A DNA stretch of 64,000 bases from Macrostomum hystrix. Lineage: Eukaryota > Animalia > Platyhelminthes. The translations under genes were made by a program, and so were the position numbers. The notes under the pieces were generated by a model. The model saw nothing but the letters and a program-made list of their open reading frames with translations, was not told the origin of the DNA and made no database searches. Positions 1 to 15,000 of the stretch are shown piece after piece. The DNA lies in contig CATNEN010000038.1 of NCBI GenBank assembly GCA_950097015.1, forward strand, positions 32,922,001-32,986,000, read 5' to 3'. Every line of letters begins with the position of its first letter. Position 1 is the first letter of the stretch.

Positions 1-3000
1 ACTAGCGATTTTCAGTAACTAGCGATTTTTAGTAACTAGCGATTTTCAGTAACTAGCGATTTTCAGTAACAATCGATTTTCCGTAACTATCGATATTCAG
101 TAACTAGCGATTTTCAGTAACTAGCGATTTTCAGTAACTGGCGATTTTCAGTAACTAGCGATTTTCAGTAACTAGCGATTTATAGCAACTAGCGATTTTC
201 AGTAACTAGCGATTTTCAGTAACTAGCGATTTTCTAAACTAGCGATTTTCTAAACTAGCGATTTTCAGTAACTAGCGATTTTCAGTAACTAGCGATTTTC
301 AGTAACTAGCGATTTTCAGTAACTAGCGATTTTCAGTAACTAGCGATTTTCAGTAACTAGCGATTTTCAGTAACTAGCGATTTTCAGTAACTAGCGATTT
401 ATAGCAACTAGCGATTTTCAGTAACTAGCGATTTTCAGTAACTAGCGATTTTCTAAACTAGCGATTTTCTAAACTAGCGACATTCAGTAACTAGCGATTT
501 TCAGTAACTAGCGATTTTCAGTAACTAGCGATTTTCAGTAACTAGCGATTTTCAGTAACTAGCGATTTTCAGTAACTAGCGATTTTCAGTAACTAGCGAT
601 TTTCAGTAACTAGCGATTTTCAGTAACTAGCGATTTTCTAAACTAGAGATTTTCATAACTAGCGATTTTCTAAACTAGCGATTTTCTCAACTAGCGACAT
701 TCAGTAACTAGCGATTTTCAGTAACTAGCGAGTTTTAGTAACCAGCGATTTTCTAAACTAGCGATTTTTAGTAACTAGCGATTTTCTAAACTAGCGATTT
801 TCTAAACTAGCGACATTCAGTAACTAGCGATTTTCAGTAACTAGCGATTTTCAGTAACTAGCGATTTTTAGTAACTAGCGATTTTCAGTAACTAGCGATT
901 TTCAGTAACTAGCGATTTTCAGTAACTAGCGATTTTTAGTAACTAGCAATTTTCTAAACTAGCGATTTTCTAAACTAGCGACATTCAGTAACTAGCGATT
1001 TTCAGTAACTAGCGATTTTCAGTAACTAGCGATTTTTAGTAACTAGCGATTTTCAGTAACTAGCGATTTTCAGTAACTAGCGATTTTCAGTAACTAGCGA
1101 TTTTCAGTAACTGGCGATTTTCAGTAACTAGCGATTTTCAGTAACTAGCGATTTATAGCAACTAGCGATTTTCAGTAACTAGCGATTTTCAGTAACTAGC
1201 GATTTTCTAAACTAGCGATTTTCTAAACTAGCGATTTTCAGTAACTAGCGATTTTCAGTAACTAGCGATTTTCAGTAACTAGCGATTTTCAGTAACTAGC
1301 GATTTTCAGTAACTAGCGATTTTCAGTAACTAGCGATTTTCAGTAACTAGCGATTTTCAGTAACTAGCGATTTATAGCAACTAGCGATTTTCAGTAACTA
1401 GCGATTTTCAGTAACTAGCGATTTTCTAAACTAGCGATTTTCTAAACTAGCGACATTCAGTAACTAGCGATTTTCAGTAACTAGCGATTTTCAGTAACTA
1501 GCGATTTTCAGTAACTAGCGATTTTCAGTAACTAGCGATTTTCAGTAACTAGCGATTTTCAGTAACTAGCGATTTTCAGTAACTAGCGATTTTCAGTAAC
1601 TAGCGATTTTCTAAACTAGAGATTTTCATAACTAGCGATTTTCTAAACTAGCGATTTTCTCAACTAGCGACATTCAGTAACTAGCGATTTTCAGTAACTA
1701 GCGAGTTTTAGTAACCAGCGATTTTCTAAACTAGCGATTTTTAGTAACTAGCGATTTTCTAAACTAGCGATTTTCTAAACTAGCGACATTCAGTAACTAG
1801 CGATTTTCAGTAACTAGCGATTTTCAGTAACTAGCGATTTTCAGTAACTAGCGATTTTCAGTAACTAGCGACATTCAGTAAATAGCGATTTTCAGTAACT
1901 AGCGATTTTCAGTAACTAGCGATTTTCAGTAACTAGCGATTTTCAGTAACTAGCGATTTTCTAAACTAGCGACATTCAGTAAATAGCGATTTTCAGAAAC
2001 TAGCGATTTTCTAAACTAGCGACATTCAGTAAATAGCGATTTTCAGTAACTAGCGAGTTTTAGTAACCAGCGATTTTCTAAACTAGCGATTTTTAGTAAC
2101 TAGCGATTTTCTAAACTAGCGATTTTCTAAACTAGCGACATTCAGTAACTAGCGATTTTCAGTAACTAGCGATTTTCAGTAACTAGCGATTTTCAGTAAC
2201 TAGCGATTTTCAGTAACTAGCGACATTCAGTAAATAGCGATTTTCAGTAACTAGCGATTTTCAGTAACTAGCGATTTTCAGTAACTAGCGATTTTCAGTA
2301 ACTAGCGATTTTCTAAACTAGCGACATTCAGTAAATAGCGATTTTCAGAAACTAGCGATTTTCTAAACTAGCGACATTCAGTAAATAGCGATTTTCAGTA
2401 ACTAGCGATTTTCAGTAACTAGCGATTTTCAGTAACAAGCGATTTTCAGTGACTAGCGATTTTCAGTAACTAGCGATTTTCAGTAACTAGCGATTTTCAG
2501 TAACTAGCGATTTATAGTAACTAGCGATTTTCAGTAACTAGCGATTTTCAGTAACTAGCGATTTTCAGTAACTAGCGATTTTCTAAACTAGCGACATTCA
2601 GTAAATAGCGATTTTCAGTAACTAGCGATTTTCAGTAACAATCGATTTTCAGTAACTAGCGATTTTCTAAACTAGCGACATTCAGTAACTAGCGATTTTC
2701 AGTAACTATCGATATTCAGTAACTAGCGATTTTCTAAACTAGCGATTTTCTAAACTAGCGATTTTCTAAACTAGCGACATTCAGTAACTAGCGATTTTCA
2801 GTAACTAGCGATTTTCAGTAACTAGCGATTTTTAGTAACTAGCGATTTTCAGTAACTAGCGATTTTTAGTAACTAGCGATTTTCAGTAACTAGCGATTTT
2901 CAGTAACTAGCGATTTTCAGTAACTAGCGATTTTCAGTAACTGGCGATTTTCAGTAACTAGCGATTTTCAGTAACTAGCGATTTATAGCAACTAGCGATT

Positions 3001-6000
3001 TTCAGTAACTAGCGATTTTCAGTAACTAGCGATTTTCTAAACTAGCGATTTTCTAAACTAGCGATTTTCAGTAACTAGCGATTTTCAGTAAATAGCGATT
3101 TTCAGTAACTAGCGATTTTCAGTAACTAGCGATTTTCAGTAACTAGCGATTTTCAGTAACTAGCGATTTTCTAAACTAGCGATTTTCAGTAACTAGCGAT
3201 TTTCAGTAACTAGCGATTTTCTAAACTAGCGACATTCAGTAAATAGCGATTTTCAGAAACTAGCGATTTTCAGTAACTAGCGATTTTCTAAACTAGCGAT
3301 TTTCTAAACTATCGATTTTCTAAACTAGCGATTTTCTAAACTAGAGATTTTCTCAACTAGCGACATTCAGTAACTAGCGATTTTCAGTAACTAGCGAGTT
3401 TTAGTAACCAGCGATTTTCAGTAACTAGCGATTTTCTAAACTAGCGATTTTCAGTAACTAGCGATTTTCAGTAACTAGCGATTTTCAGTAACTAGCGATT
3501 TTCTAAACTAGCGACATTCAGTAAATAGCGATTTTCAGTAACTAGCGATTTTCAGTAACTAGCGATTTTCTAAACTAGCGATTTTCTAAACTATCGATTT
3601 TCTAAACTAGCGATTTTCTAAACTAGAGATTTTCTCAACTAGCGACATTCAGTAACTAGCGATTTTCAGTAACTAGCGAGTTTTAGTAACCAGCGATTTT
3701 CTAAACTAGCGATTTTCAGTAACAATCGATTTTCAGTAACTAGCGATTTTCTAAACTAGCGATTTTCTAAACTAGCGACATTCAGTAACTAGCGATTTTC
3801 AGTAACTAGCGATTTTCAGTAACTAGCGATTTTCAGTAACTAGCGATTTTCTAAACTAGCGACATTCAGTAAATAGCGATTTTCAGTAACTAGCGATTTT
3901 CTAAACTGGCGACATTCAGTAAATAGCGATTTTCAGTAACTAGCGATTTTCAGTAACTAGCGATTTTCAGTAACTAGCGATTTTCAGTAACTAGCGATTT
4001 TCAGTAACTAGCGATTTTCTAAACTAGCGACATTCAGTAATTAGCGATTTTCAGTAACTAGCGATTTTCAGTAACTAGCGATTTTCAGTAACTAGCGATT
4101 TTCAGTAACTAGCGATTTTCAGTAACTAGCGATTTTCAGTAACTAGCGATTTTCAGTAACTAGCGATTTTCTAAACTAGCGACATTCAGTAAATAGCGAT
4201 TTTCAGTAACAATCGATTTTCAGTAACTAGCGATTTTCTAAACTAGCGATTTTCTAAACTATCGATTTTCTAAACTAGCGATTTTCTAAACTAGAGATTT
4301 TCTCAACTAGCGACATTCAGTAACTAGCGATTTTCAGTAACTAGCGAGTTTTAGTAACCAGCGATTTTCTAAACTAGCGATTTTCAGTAACTAGCGATTT
4401 TCTAAACTAGCGACATTCAGTAACTAGCGATTTTCTAAACTAGCGACATTCAGTAACTAGCGATTTTCAGTAACTAGCGATTTTCAGTAACTAGCGATTT
4501 TCAGTAACTAGCGATTTTCAGTAACTAGCGATTTTCAGTAACAATCGATTTTCCGTAACTATCGATATTCAGTAACTAGCGATTTTCAGTAACAAGCGAT
4601 TTTCAGTAACTAGCGATTTTCAGTAACTAGCGATTTTCAGTAACTAGCGATTTTCAGTAACTAGCGATTTATAGTAACTAGCGATTTTCCGTAACTATCG
4701 ATATTCAGTAACTAGCGATTTTCAGTAACTAGCGATTTTTAGTAACTAGCGATTTTCAGTAACTAGCGATTTTCAGTAACAATCGATTTTCCGTAACTAT
4801 CGATATTCAGTAACTAGCGATTTTCAGTAACAAGCGATTTTCAGTAACTAGCGATTTTCAGTAACTAGCGATTTTCAGTAACTAGCGATTTTCAGTAACT
4901 AGCGATTTATAGTAACTAGCGATTTTCAGTAACTAGCGATTTTCAGTAACTAGCGATTTTCAGTAACTAGCGATTTTCTAAACTAGCGACATTCAGTAAA
5001 TAGCGATTTTCAGTAACTAGCGATTTTCAGTAACAATCGATTTTCAGTAACTAGCGATTTTCTAAACTAGCGACATTCAGTAACTAGCGATTTTCAGTAA
5101 CTATCGATATTCAGTAACTAGCGATTTTCTAAACTAGCGATTTTCTAAACTAGCGATTTTCTAAACTAGCGACATTCAGTAACTAGCGATTTTCAGTAAC
5201 TAGCGATTTTCAGTAACTAGCGATTTTTAGTAACTAGCGATTTTCAGTAACTAGCGATTTTCAGTAACTAGCGATTTTCAGTAACTAGCGATTTTTAGTA
5301 ACTAGCAATTTTCTAAACTAGCGATTTTCTAAACTAGCGACATTCAGTAACTAGCGATTTTCAGTAACTAGCGATTTTCAGTAACTAGCGATTTTTAGTA
5401 ACTAGCGATTTTCAGTAACTAGCGATTTTCAGTAACTAGCGATTTTCAGTAACTAGCGATTTTTAGTAACTAGCGATTTTCAGTAACTAGCGATTTTCAG
5501 TAACAATCGATTTTCCGTAACTATCGATATTCAGTAACTAGCGATTTTCAGTAACTAGCGATTTTCAGTAACTGGCGATTTTCAGTAACTAGCGATTTTC
5601 AGTAACTAGCGATTTATAGCAACTAGCGATTTTCAGTAACTAGCGATTTTCAGTAACTAGCGATTTTCTAAACTAGCGATTTTCTAAACTAGCGATTTTC
5701 AGTAACTAGCGATTTTCAGTAACTAGCGATTTTCAGTAACTAGCGATTTTCAGTAACTAGCGATTTTCAGTAACTAGCGATTTTCAGTAACTAGCGATTT
5801 TCAGTAACTAGCGATTTTCAGTAACTAGCGATTTATAGCAACTAGCGATTTTCAGTAACTAGCGATTTTCAGTAACTAGCGATTTTCTAAACTAGCGATT
5901 TTCTAAACTAGCGACATTCAGTAACTAGCGATTTTCAGTAACTAGCGATTTTCAGTAACTAGCGATTTTCAGTAACTAGCGATTTTCAGTAACTAGCGAT

Positions 6001-9000
6001 TTTCAGTAACTAGCGATTTTCAGTAACTAGCGATTTTCAGTAACTAGCGATTTTCAGTAACTAGCGATTTTCTAAACTAGAGATTTTCATAACTAGCGAT
6101 TTTCTAAACTAGCGATTTTCTCAACTAGCGACATTCAGTAACTAGCGATTTTCAGTAACTAGCGATTTTCAGTAACTAGCGATTTTCAGTAACTAGCGAT
6201 TTTCTAAACTAGAGATTTTCATAACTAGCGATTTTCTAAACTAGCGATTTTCTCAACTAGCGACATTCAGTAACTAGCGATTTTCAGTAACTAGCGAGTT
6301 TTAGTAACCAGCGATTTTCTAAACTAGCGATTTTTAGTAACTAGCGATTTTCTAAACTAGCGATTTTCTAAACTAGCGACATTCAGTAACTAGCGATTTT
6401 CAGTAACTAGCGATTTTCAGTAACTAGCGATTTTTAGTAACTAGCGATTTTCAGTAACTAGCGATTTTCAGTAACTAGCGATTTTCAGTAACTAGCGATT
6501 TTTAGTAACTAGCAATTTTCTAAACTAGCGATTTTCTAAACTAGCGACATTCAGTAACTAGCGATTTTCAGTAACTAGCGATTTTCAGTAACTAGCGATT
6601 TTTAGTAACTAGCGATTTTCAGTAACTAGCGATTTTCAGTAACTAGCGATTTTCAGTAACTAGCGATTTTCAGTAACTGGCGATTTTCAGTAACTAGCGA
6701 TTTTCAGTAACTAGCGATTTATAGCAACTAGCGATTTTCAGTAACTAGCGATTTTCAGTAACTAGCGATTTTCTAAACTAGCGATTTTCTAAACTAGCGA
6801 TTTTCAGTAACTAGCGATTTTCAGTAACTAGCGATTTTCAGTAACTAGCGATTTTCAGTAACTAGCGATTTTCAGTAACTAGCGATTTTCAGTAACTAGC
6901 GATTTTCAGTAACTAGCGATTTTCAGTAACTAGCGATTTATAGCAACTAGCGATTTTCAGTAACTAGCGATTTTCAGTAACTAGCGATTTTCTAAACTAG
7001 CGATTTTCTAAACTAGCGACATTCAGTAACTAGCGATTTTCAGTAACTAGCGATTTTCAGTAACTAGCGATTTTCAGTAACTAGCGATTTTCAGTAACTA
7101 GCGATTTTCAGTAACTAGCGATTTTCAGTAACTAGCGATTTTCAGTAACTAGCGATTTTCAGTAACTAGCGATTTTCTAAACTAGAGATTTTCATAACTA
7201 GCGATTTTCTAAACTAGCGATTTTCTCAACTAGCGACATTCAGTAACTAGCGATTTTCAGTAACTAGCGAGTTTTAGTAACCAGCGATTTTCTAAACTAG
7301 CGATTTTTAGTAACTAGCGATTTTCTAAACTAGCGATTTTCTAAACTAGCGACATTCAGTAACTAGCGATTTTCAGTAACTAGCGATTTTCAGTAACTAG
7401 CGATTTTCAGTAACTAGCGATTTTCAGTAACTAGCGACATTCAGTAAATAGCGATTTTCAGTAACTAGCGATTTTCAGTAACTAGCGATTTTCAGTAACT
7501 AGCGATTTTCAGTAACTAGCGATTTTCTAAACTAGCGACATTCAGTAAATAGCGATTTTCAGAAACTAGCGATTTTCTAAACTAGCGACATTCAGTAAAT
7601 AGCGATTTTCAGTAACTAGCGAGTTTTAGTAACCAGCGATTTTCTAAACTAGCGATTTTTAGTAACTAGCGATTTTCTAAACTAGCGATTTTCTAAACTA
7701 GCGACATTCAGTAACTAGCGATTTTCAGTAACTAGCGATTTTCAGTAACTAGCGATTTTCAGTAACTAGCGATTTTCAGTAACTAGCGACATTCAGTAAA
7801 TAGCGATTTTCAGTAACTAGCGATTTTCAGTAACTAGCGATTTTCAGTAACTAGCGATTTTCAGTAACTAGCGATTTTCTAAACTAGCGACATTCAGTAA
7901 ATAGCGATTTTCAGAAACTAGCGATTTTCTAAACTAGCGACATTCAGTAAATAGCGATTTTCAGTAACTAGCGATTTTCAGTAACTAGCGATTTTCAGTA
8001 ACTAGCGATTTTCAGTAACTAGCGATTTTCTAAACTAGCGATTTTCAGTAACTAGCGATTTTCAGTAACTAGCGATTTTCAGTAACTAGCGATTTTCTAA
8101 ACTAGCGACATTCAGTAAATAGCGATTTTCAGAAACTAGCGATTTTCAGTAACTAGCGATTTTCTAAACTAGCGATTTTCTAAACTATCGATTTTCTAAA
8201 CTAGCGATTTTCTAAACTAGAGATTTTCTCAACTAGCGACATTCAGTAACTAGCGATTTTCAGTAACTAGCGAGTTTTAGTAACCAGCGATTTTCAGTAA
8301 CTAGCGATTTTCTAAACTAGCGATTTTCAGTAACTAGCGATTTTCAGTAACTAGCGATTTTCAGTAACTAGCGATTTTCTAAACTAGCGACATTCAGTAA
8401 ATAGCGATTTTCAGTAACTAGCGATTTTCAGTAACTAGCGATTTTCTAAACTAGCGATTTTCTAAACTATCGATTTTCTAAACTAGCGATTTTCTAAACT
8501 AGAGATTTTCTCAACTAGCGACATTCAGTAACTAGCGATTTTCAGTAACTAGCGAGTTTTAGTAACCAGCGATTTTCTAAACTAGCGATTTTCAGTAACA
8601 ATCGATTTTCAGTAACTAGCGATTTTCTAAACTAGCGATTTTCTAAACTAGCGACATTCAGTAACTAGCGATTTTCAGTAACTAGCGATTTTCAGTAACT
8701 AGCGATTTTCAGTAACTAGCGATTTTCTAAACTAGCGACATTCAGTAAATAGCGATTTTCAGTAACTAGCGATTTTCTAAACTGGCGACATTCAGTAAAT
8801 AGCGATTTTCAGTAACTAGCGATTTTCAGTAACTAGCGATTTTCAGTACCTAGCGATTTTCAGTAACTAGCGATTTTCAGTAACTAGCGATTTTCTAAAC
8901 TAGCGACATTCAGTAATTAGCGATTTTCAGTAACTAGCGATTTTCAGTAACTAGCGATTTTCAGTAACTAGCGATTTTCAGTAACTAGCGATTTTCAGTA

Positions 9001-12000
9001 ACTAGCGATTTTCAGTAACTAGCGATTTTCAGTAACTAGCGATTTTCAGTAACTAGCGATTTTCTAAACTAGCGACATTCAGTAAATAGCGATTTTCAGT
9101 AACAATCGATTTTCAGTAACTAGCGATTTTCTAAACTAGCGATTTTCTAAACTATCGATTTTCTAAACTAGCGATTTTCTAAACTAGAGATTTTCTCAAC
9201 TAGCGACATTCAGTAACTAGCGATTTTCAGTAACTAGCGAGTTTTAGTAACCAGCGATTTTCTAAACTAGCGATTTTCAGTAACTAGCGATTTTCTAAAC
9301 TAGCGACATTCAGTAACTAGCGATTTTCTAAACTAGCGACATTCAGTAACTAGCGATTTTCAGTAACTAGCGATTTTCAGTAACTAGCGATTTTCAGTAA
9401 CTAGCGATTTTCAGTAACAATCGATTTTCCGTAACTATCGATATTCAGTAACTAGCGATTTTCAGTAACAAGCGATTTTCAGTAACTAGCGATTTTCAGT
9501 AACTAGCGATTTTCAGTAACTAGCGATTTTCAGTAACTAGCGATTTATAGTAACTAGCGATTTTCCGTAACTATCGATATTCAGTAACTAGCGATTTTCA
9601 GTAACTAGCGATTTTTAGTAACTAGCGATTTTCAGTAACTAGCGATTTTCAGTAACAATCGATTTTCCGTAACTATCGATATTCAGTAACTAGCGATTTT
9701 CAGTAACAAGCGATTTTCAGTAACTAGCGATTTTCAGTAACTAGCGATTTTCAGTAACTAGCGATTTTCAGTAACTAGCGATTTATAGTAACTAGCGATT
9801 TTCAGTAACTAGCGATTTTCAGTAACTAGCGATTTTCAGTAACTAGCGATTTTCTAAACTAGCGACATTCAGTAAATAGCGATTTTCAGTAACTAGCGAT
9901 TTTCAGTAACAATCGATTTTCAGTAACTAGCGATTTTCTAAACTAGCGACATTCAGTAACTAGCGATTTTCAGTAACTATCGATATTCAGTAACTAGCGA
10001 TTTTCTAAACTAGCGATTTTCTAAACTAGCGATTTTCTAAACTAGCGACATTCAGTAACTAGCGATTTTCAGTAACTAGCGATTTTCAGTAACTAGCGAT
10101 TTTTAGTAACTAGCGATTTTCAGTAACTAGCGATTTTCAGTAACTAGCGATTTTCAGTAACTAGCGATTTTTAGTAACTAGCAATTTTCTAAACTAGCGA
10201 TTTTCTAAACTAGCGACATTCAGTAACTAGCGATTTTCAGTAACTAGCGATTTTCAGTAACTAGCGATTTTTAGTAACTAGCGATTTTCAGTAACTAGCG
10301 ATTTTCAGTAACTAGCGATTTTCAGTAACTAGCGATTTTTAGTAACTAGCGATTTTCAGTAACTAGCGATTTTCAGTAACAATCGATTTTCCGTAACTAT
10401 CGATATTCAGTAACTAGCGATTTTCAGTAACTAGCGACTTTCAGTAACTGGCGATTTTCAGTAACTAGCGATTTTCAGTAACTAGCGATTTATAGCAACT
10501 AGCGATTTTCAGTAACTAGCGATTTTCAGTAACTAGCGATTTTCTAAACTAGCGATTTTCTAAACTAGCGATTTTCAGTAACTAGCGATTTTCAGTAACT
10601 AGCGATTTTCAGTAACTAGCGATTTTCAGTAACTAGCGATTTTCAGTAACTAGCGATTTTCAGTAACTAGCGATTTTCAGTAACTAGCGATTTTCAGTAA
10701 CTAGCGATTTATAGCAACTAGCGATTTTCAGTAACTAGCGATTTTCAGTAACTAGCGATTTTCTAAACTAGCGATTTTCTAAACTAGCGACATTCAGTAA
10801 CTAGCGATTTTCAGTAACTAGCGATTTTCAGTAACTAGCGATTTTCAGTAACTAGCGATTTTCAGTAACTAGCGATTTTCAGTAACTAGCGATTTTCAGT
10901 AACTAGCGATTTTCAGTAACTAGCGATTTTCAGTAACTAGCGATTTTCAGTAACTAGCGATTTTCTAAACTAGAGATTTTCATAACTAGCGATTTTCTAA
11001 ACTAGCGATTTTCTCAACTAGCGACATTCAGTAACTAGCGATTTTCAGTAACTAGCGAGTTTTAGTAACCAGCGATTTTCTAAACTAGCGATTTTTAGTA
11101 ACTAGCGATTTTCTAAACTAGCGACATTCAGTAACTAGCGATTTTCAGTAACTAGCGATTTTCAGTAACTAGCGATTTTCTAAACTAGCGATTTTCAGTA
11201 ACTAGCGATTTTCAGTAACTAGCGATTTTCTAAACTAGCGACATTCAGTAAATAGCGATTTTCAGTAACTAGCGATTTTCAGTAACTAGCGATTTTCTAA
11301 ACTAGCGATTTTCTAAACTATCGATTTTCTAAACTAGCGATTTTCTAAACTAGAGATTTTCTCAACTAGCGACATTCAGTAACTAGCGATTTTCAGTAAC
11401 TAGCGAGTTTTAGTAACCAGCGATTTTCTAAACTAGCGATTTTCAGTAACAATCGATTTTCAGTAACTAGCGATTTTCTAAACTAGCGATTTTCTAAACT
11501 AGCGACATTCAGTAACTAGCGATTTTCAGTAACTAGCGATTTTCAGTAACTAGCGATTTTCAGTAACTAGCGATTTTCTAAACTAGCGACATTCAGTAAA
11601 TAGCGATTTTCAGTAACTAGCGATTTTCTAAACTGGCGACATTCAGTAAATAGCGATTTTCAGTAACTAGCGATTTTCAGTAACTAGCGATTTTCAGTAA
11701 CTAGCGATTTTCAGTAACTAGCGATTTTCAGTAACTAGCGATTTTCTAAACTGGCGACATTCAGTAAATAGCGATTTTCAGTAACTAGCGATTTTCAGTA
11801 ACTAGCGATTTTCAGTAACTAGCGATTTTCAGTAACTAGCGATTTTCAGTAACTAGCGATTTTCAGTAACTAGCGATTTTCAGTAACTAGCGATTTTCTA
11901 AACTAGCGACATTCAGTAAATAGCGATTTTCAGTAACAATCGATTTTCAGTAACTAGCGATTTTCAGTAACTAGCGATTTTCAGTAACTAGCGATTTTCA

Positions 12001-15000
12001 GTAACTAGCGATTTTCAGTAACTAGCGATTTTCAGTAACTAGCGATTTTCTAAACTAGCGACATTCAGTAATTAGCGATTTTCAGTAACTAGCGATTTTC
12101 AGTAACTAGCGATTTTCAGTAACTAGCGATTTTCAGTAACTAGCGATTTTCAGTAACTAGCGATTTTCAGTAACTAGCGATTTTCAGTAACTAGCGATTT
12201 TCTAAACTAGCGACATTCAGTAAATAGCGATTTTCAGTAACAATCGATTTTCAGTAACTAGCGATTTTCTAAACTAGCGATTTTCTAAACTATCGATTTT
12301 CTAAACTAGCGATTTTCTAAACTAGAGATTTTCTCAACTAGCGACATTCAGTAACTAGCGATTTTCAGTAACTAGCGAGTTTTAGTAACCAGCGATTTTC
12401 TAAACTAGCGATTTTCAGTAACTAGCGATTTTCTAAACTAGCGACATTCAGTAACTAGCGATTTTCTAAACTAGCGACATTCAGTAACTAGCGATTTTCA
12501 GTAACTAGCGATTTTCAGTAACTAGCGATTTTTAGTAACTAGCGATTTTCTAAACTAGCGACATTCAGTAAATTGCGATTTTCAGTAACTAGCGATTTTC
12601 TAAACTGGCGACATTCAGTAAATAGCGATTTTCAGTAACTAGCGATTTTCAGTAACTAGCGATTTTCAGTAACTAGCGATTTTCAGTAACTAGCGATTTT
12701 CTAAACTGGCGACATTCAGTAAATAGCGATTTTCAGTAACTAGCGATTTTCAGTAACTAGCGATTTTCAGTAACTAGCGCTTTTCAGTAACTAGCGATTT
12801 TCAGTAACTAGCGATTTTCAGTAACTAGCGATTTTCAGTAACTAGCGATTTTCTAAACTAGCGACATTCAGTAAATAGCGATTTTCAGTAACAATCGATT
12901 TTCAGTAACTAGCGATTTTCTAAACTAGCGATTTTCTAAACTATCGATTTTCTAAACTAGCGATTTTCTAAACTAGAGATTTTCTCAACTAGCGACATTC
13001 AGTAACTAGCGATTTTCAGTAACTAGCGAGTTTTAGTAACCAGCGATTTTCTAAACTAGCGATTTTCAGTAACTAGCGATTTTCTAAACTAGCGACATTC
13101 AGTAACTAGCGATTTTCTAAACTAGCGACATTCAGTAACTAGCGATTTTCAGTAACTAGCGATTTTCAGTAACTAGCGATTTTTAGTAACTAGCGATTTT
13201 CTAAACTAGCGACATTCAGTAAATAGCGATTTTCAGTAACTAGCGATTTTCTAAACTGGCGACATTCAGTAAATAGCGATTTTCAGTAACTAGCGATTTT
13301 CAGTAACTAGCGATTTTCAGTAACTAGCGATTTTCAGTAACTAGCGATTTTCTAAACTGGCGACATTCAGTAAATAGCGATTTTCAGTAACTAGCGATTT
13401 TCAGTAACTAGCGATTTTCAGTAACTAGCGATTTTCAGTAACTAGCGATTTTCAGTAACTAGCGATTTTCAGTAACTAGCGATTTTCAGTAACTAGCGAT
13501 TTTCTAAACTAGCGACATTCAGTAAATAGCGATTTTCAGTAACTAGCGATTTTCAGTAACTAGCGATTTTCAGTAACTAGCGATTTTCTAAACTATCGAT
13601 TTTCTAAAGTAGCGATTTTCTAAACTAGAGATTTTCTCAACTAGCGACATTCAGTAACTAGCGATTTTCAGTAACTAGCGAGTTTTAGTAACCAGCGATT
13701 TTCTAAACTAGCGATTTTCAGTAACTAGCGATTTTCTAAACTAGCGACATTCAGTAAATAGCGATTTTCAGTAACTAGCGATTTTCAGTAACTAGCGATT
13801 TTCAGTAACTAGCGATTTTCAGTAACTAGCGATTTTCAGTAACTAGCGATTTTCAGTAACTAGCGATTTTCAGTAACTAGCGATTTTCAGTAACTAGCGA
13901 TTTTCTAAACTAGCGACATTCAGTAAATAGCGATTTTCAGAAACTAGCGATTTTCAGTAACTAGCGATTTTCTAAACTAGCGATTTTCTAAACTATCGAT
14001 TTTCTAAACTAGCGATTTTCTAAACTAGAGATTTTCTCAACTAGCGACATTCAGTAACTAGCGATTTTCAGTAACTAGCGAGTTTTAGTAACCAGCGATT
14101 TTCAGTAACTAGCGATTTTCTAAACTAGCGATTTTCAGTAACTAGCGATTTTCAGTAACTAGCGATTTTCAGTAACTAGCGATTTTCTAAACTAGCGACA
14201 TTCAGTAAATAGCGATTTTCAGTAACTAGCGATTTTCAGTAACTAGCGATTTTCTAAACTAGCGATTTTCTAAACTATCGATTTTCTAAACTAGCGATTT
14301 TCTAAACTAGAGATTTTCTCAACTAGCGACATTCAGTAACTAGCGATTTTCAGTAACTAGCGAGTTTTAGTAACCAGCGATTTTCTAAACTAGCGATTTT
14401 CAGTAACAATCGATTTTCAGTAACTAGCGATTTTCTAAACTAGCGATTTTCTAAACTAGCGACATTCAGTAACTAGCGATTTTCAGTAACTAGCGATTTT
14501 CAGTAACTAGCGATTTTCAGTAACTAGCGATTTTCTAAACTAGCGACATTCAGTAAATAGCGATTTTCAGTAACTAGCGATTTTCTAAACTGGCGACATT
14601 CAGTAAATAGCGATTTTCAGTAACTAGCGATTTTCAGTAACTAGCGATTTTCAGTAACTAGCGATTTTCAGTAACTAGCGATTTTCAGTAACTAGCGATT
14701 TTCTAAACTGGCGACATTCAGTAAATAGCGATTTTCAGTAACTAGCGATTTTCAGTAACTAGCGATTTTCAGTAACTAGCGATTTTCAGTAACTAGCGAT
14801 TTTCAGTAACTAGCGATTTTCAGTAACTAGCGATTTTCAGTAACTAGCGATTTTCTAAACTAGCGACATTCAGTAAATAGCGATTTTCAGTAACAATCGA
14901 TTTTCAGTAACTAGCGATTTTCTAAACTAGCGATTTTCTAAACTATCGATTTTCTAAACTAGCGATTTTCTAAACTAGAGATTTTCTCAACTAGCGACAT

